Source: Patescibacteria group bacterium
GTDB lineage: Bacteria; Patescibacteriota; Patescibacteriia; JAXHNJ01
DNA: 64,000 nucleotides
Assembly (NCBI GenBank): GCA_041649715.1
Contig: JBAZMP010000001.1
Location: 18,741 to 82,740 of the forward strand
Direction of reading: 5' to 3'
The notes beneath the pieces were generated by a model that was not told the origin of the DNA, made no database searches, and worked only from the letters and a program-made list of their open reading frames with translations. The position numbers were made by a program, and so were the translations under genes. This document shows positions 59,504 to 64,000 of this stretch, piece after piece (the stretch's first letter is position 1; each line of letters begins with the position of its first letter).

Positions 59504-59836
59504 ATGGCAAAGTACAAAGATCAGGAATTTGTGGAATACGTGGTTAAAGCCTTAGTGGACAAACCCGAGGATGTCAAAACCGATCGGGCTGTCGATGAGA
59601 TGGGCGTCTTAATCACCCTGAAAGTAAACCAGGAAGATTTGGGCCAGGTCATCGGCCGTCAGGGTCAAACCGCGAAATCCATCCGCACGCTTCTCCGTGT
59701 CGTAGGCGCCAAGAATCATGCCCGCGTCAACCTCAAGATTTATGAACCGGAGGGCAGCCGCCGACCGCCAAGAATGGTCCGCGAAGATTCAGCCGCGAAT
59801 GAAGATACGTCCGCGGTAGACGACTTAAAACTTTAG
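59504..59836 (+). CDS. khpA: KH-domain RNA-binding protein KhpA
   Basis: YVVKALVDKPEDV, DLGQVIGRQG.TAKSIRTLL; located between rpsP and trmD. Confidence 0.9.
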   Translation: MAKYKDQEFVEYVVKALVDKPEDVKTDRAVDEMGVLITLKVNQEDLGQVIGRQGQTAKSIRTLLRVVGAKNHARVNLKIYEPEGSRRPPRMVREDSAANEDTSAVDDLKL

Positions 59837-59911
59837 AATCGTCGAAATAAAAAAGACAAGAACCGTAATTCGTGATAAAATGTAATTACGGTTTTTGTTA
59901 ATATTTTGACT

Positions 59912-60559
59912 ATGCAATTCGATATTCTTACGATTTTCCCGGCCATTTTCTCCTCATTTTTAAAGGAGAGCATTTTTAAAAAGGCGCAGGAAAAAAAACA
60001 GGTGAAAGTCAATCTTCATGATTTCCGTCGTTTCGCGGCCGGCCGCCATCGGACGGTTGATGATAAGCCTTACGGCGGGGGGCCAGGCATGATTTTAAAA
60101 GTGGAGCCGCTTTATGCCTGTTTAAAAACAATCAAAAGAAAAAAGAAGACAAAAGTAATTATTTTGAGCGCCAAGGGAAAAATGTATGATCAGAAAATAG
60201 CGCAAAGATTAAGCCGCGAGGAGCAGCTAATTTTTCTTTGCGGACGCTACGAAGGTATTGACGAAAGAATAAAAAAATTCGCCGACCTGGAACTTTCTTT
60301 GGGGCCTTATGTGACCATGGGCGGCGAGGTGGCGGCGATGGTGATGATGGAATCAATCGCCCGGCTCATCCCCGGGGTCTTGGGCAAACATATCTCCTTG
60401 GAAGAAGAAAGTTATTCCCAAAATTTGAAATATTTGGAATATCCCCAATATACCCGGCCGCCCGTTTTCAAAGGAGCAAAAGTTCCCGCTGTTCTCCTTT
60501 CCGGCGATCATAAGAAAATCAAAGGCTGGCGGGATAAATCGGCTAAAACAATCATATGA
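59912..60559 (+). CDS. trmD: tRNA (guanine-N1)-methyltransferase
   Basis: DILTIFP, VDDKPYGGGPGM, CGRYEGIDER, GGE, LEYPQYTRP, LLSGDH. Confidence 0.97.
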   Translation: MQFDILTIFPAIFSSFLKESIFKKAQEKKQVKVNLHDFRRFAAGRHRTVDDKPYGGGPGMILKVEPLYACLKTIKRKKKTKVIILSAKGKMYDQKIAQRLSREEQLIFLCGRYEGIDERIKKFADLELSLGPYVTMGGEVAAMVMMESIARLIPGVLGKHISLEEESYSQNLKYLEYPQYTRPPVFKGAKVPAVLLSGDHKKIKGWRDKSAKTII

Positions 60560-61833
60560 CCATTATTCCCCGGGGTCTTTCAGAAATATTAAAAAATCGT
60601 CATTTTTTAAAACTTTGGCTCTCCCAAGTTTTGTCTATGACGGCCGGCGATATGCTGACCTTTTTGCTGGCAATCCGCATTTATCAGCTGACCAATAATA
60701 ATTTTATCGTCAGTGTCTATATCGCCCTGGTGGGCATACCGCCCGTCGTTTTTTCCGTGATTGCGGGGGCGTATGCCGATAATCACAACCGGAAAAGGAT
60801 TCTCGCCGTTTCAAACTTGTTACGCGTCGGTATTTTGTTTTTGTTTTTAGCCTTTCATGCCAACCCCTATATTTTGATGGCCTTGGCTTTTTGTATCGCG
60901 ACTGTTTCCCAGTTTTTCGGACCGGCGGAAAGCGCCACTATCCCCAACCTTGTGCGGCGAGACCAGTATTACCTCGCGAATTCGATGTTCATGTTTACGA
61001 ATTACACCGCTTTTTTAATCGGTTATTCGTTGGCTGGTCCGGCTTTATTCTATTTGAAAGACCAGACAATTTTCGTCGTATTATTGATAATGTACATAGT
61101 GGCTTTTGGCGCGAACTATTTATTGCCGTCTCAAAGCCAGCATCTTTTAATGAAAAAGGAAGCGGGGGTCTATGGGAACGCATTGAAGAAAATTTTTCAC
61201 GATATTGGCGAAGGATTTAAGATATTAAAGAATAATAAGCCCGTGCTTTTTTCCATTATTCAGATGGCCATTGTTTTTTCCGCGGAAAGAGCCGTGATCG
61301 CTTTATTCCCCGATCTCGCCTCTAAATATTTTCATTTCAGCGTGGCGGAATTGAGCTACTATTTGGTCTTGCCGGTCGGGATAGGAGCATTCGCCGGCGC
61401 CGTTCTCGTCAATCAGATTAAGAAAAGATTTGCCAAAAGAAAAATAATAAACTGGTCTCTGATCGTCGATGGTATTGTTCTGCTCGCCATCCCCTTTTAT
61501 TATTTCGCCTTGAATCTCGGCCCTGTTTATCTGAAGATCGCCACCTGTTCGCTGGGTTTTGCCTCGGGTTTGGTCGATGTCTTTATCATCGTTACGGCCC
61601 AGACCTTGATTCATGAGTCAACCGCCGATGAAAGCCGGGGCCGGATCTTTGGCAATTTAATGGGCGTCGTTAATTTGGTCAATGTCCCCGTGGTTTTAGT
61701 GGTCGGTTTTTTGGCCAGTTTTTATCCGGTCACGACCATTATCGGCATTGTCGGACTGATTGTCACGGTTTTCGGCCTGAGCTGCCGGTTTTTTTATAAG
61801 AGAAACTTGCGCTTAAAGGCGTCTGATCCTTAA
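60556..61833 (+). CDS. MFS transporter
   Basis: F.KLWLSQ, AGAYAD..NRKRIL, FFGPAESATIP, RGRIFG; ~12 TM. Confidence 0.9.
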   Translation: MTIIPRGLSEILKNRHFLKLWLSQVLSMTAGDMLTFLLAIRIYQLTNNNFIVSVYIALVGIPPVVFSVIAGAYADNHNRKRILAVSNLLRVGILFLFLAFHANPYILMALAFCIATVSQFFGPAESATIPNLVRRDQYYLANSMFMFTNYTAFLIGYSLAGPALFYLKDQTIFVVLLIMYIVAFGANYLLPSQSQHLLMKKEAGVYGNALKKIFHDIGEGFKILKNNKPVLFSIIQMAIVFSAERAVIALFPDLASKYFHFSVAELSYYLVLPVGIGAFAGAVLVNQIKKRFAKRKIINWSLIVDGIVLLAIPFYYFALNLGPVYLKIATCSLGFASGLVDVFIIVTAQTLIHESTADESRGRIFGNLMGVVNLVNVPVVLVVGFLASFYPVTTIIGIVGLIVTVFGLSCRFFYKRNLRLKASDP

Positions 61834-61837
61834 TTGC

Positions 61838-61866
61838 TTGACAAGCGCCATCTTTTGATATATTAT
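61838..61866 (+). promoter_or_regulatory. rRNA promoter
   Basis: TTGACA-17-TATTAT upstream of the 16S leader. Confidence 0.65.
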
Positions 61867-62282
61867 AAATATGCTCTTTGAATTAGGTCGAAATTTAACT
61901 AAAATTAGCCAAAAAGGAGAACAAAATCTTCTTCTTATTCTTAATAATTCGATTTTGAGTTTTTTTTGAGAAAAAACAGTGATCTCTAAAATATTTTTCG
62001 GGGCTCTCTGTTTTTTCTTGATTTAATTTTAGCGGCCGACCTTGACAACTAAAACGTGATAGAAATGGGTTCACGAAATCAATTAAACATACTTTAGCAA
62101 GTGGTGGAGAAATGAAAGGAGGATGTTTGAGGACCAGCATGTTCTTTTTATAAAATAACAGCTGATGTATCCTATCTTCTCCTTTCATTCTTCCATCACT
62201 TGTGTAAAGTCAACAAAATTTTTCACTTTTTGAAAAGTTTACCGCGAGCTATTGAGTGGCTTGCGTTTAATCTTTTCAAATT

Positions 62283-63772
<1,490 letters not shown>

Positions 63773-64000
63773 CTAGGGAGTAAACTAGAAGGTTAATCCA
63801 TCAAGATTAATCTCAATACGGTCGGTCTTCGAGAAAATTTTTCGAAGATATGACCCATTTCTATCACATTCTAGTTGTCAAAGAGGCGTCAAGACGGGTC
63901 AAGAGTTGATTTTTCCCGTCTTTTTTGATAGATTATTTATATACTTTTGCCCCGCACAAATTCCTTTTGGAATTATGCGGTGTAGGGAGCGCGGACGATG

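Overview
64 kb of a bacterial chromosome, most likely CPR/Patescibacteria (Parcubacteria-like). This is inferred from 16S primer-site deviations, a short SMC, and an rpsP-khpA-trmD block without rimM. The standard code appears to hold, since TAA, TGA and TAG all end conserved genes. Housekeeping genes (queA, hup, rplS, rluD, cca, ftsH, rpsA, gyrA, rpmF, nusB, rnc, pyrF/E, smc, rpsP, trmD, 16S) are interleaved with accessory blocks. These are: (1) tandem promoter/structured-RNA/terminator units with no ORF at 1.4-2.2 kb; (2) secreted proteases and peptidoglycan hydrolases around a glycosylation locus; (3) two divergent class II aminoacyl-tRNA synthetase paralogues beside a dcd-dcd-methyltransferase-PLP decarboxylase-MccF operon; (4) a split PEP-synthase/rifampin-phosphotransferase-like array with one ATP-grasp gene and five His-swivel genes; (5) degenerate tRNA copies carrying palindromic insertions, one next to a GIY-YIG pseudogene; and (6) most strikingly, a stand-alone operon of two intact tRNAs with the amber anticodon CUA. 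All calls were made by eye from motifs; no database searches were run.
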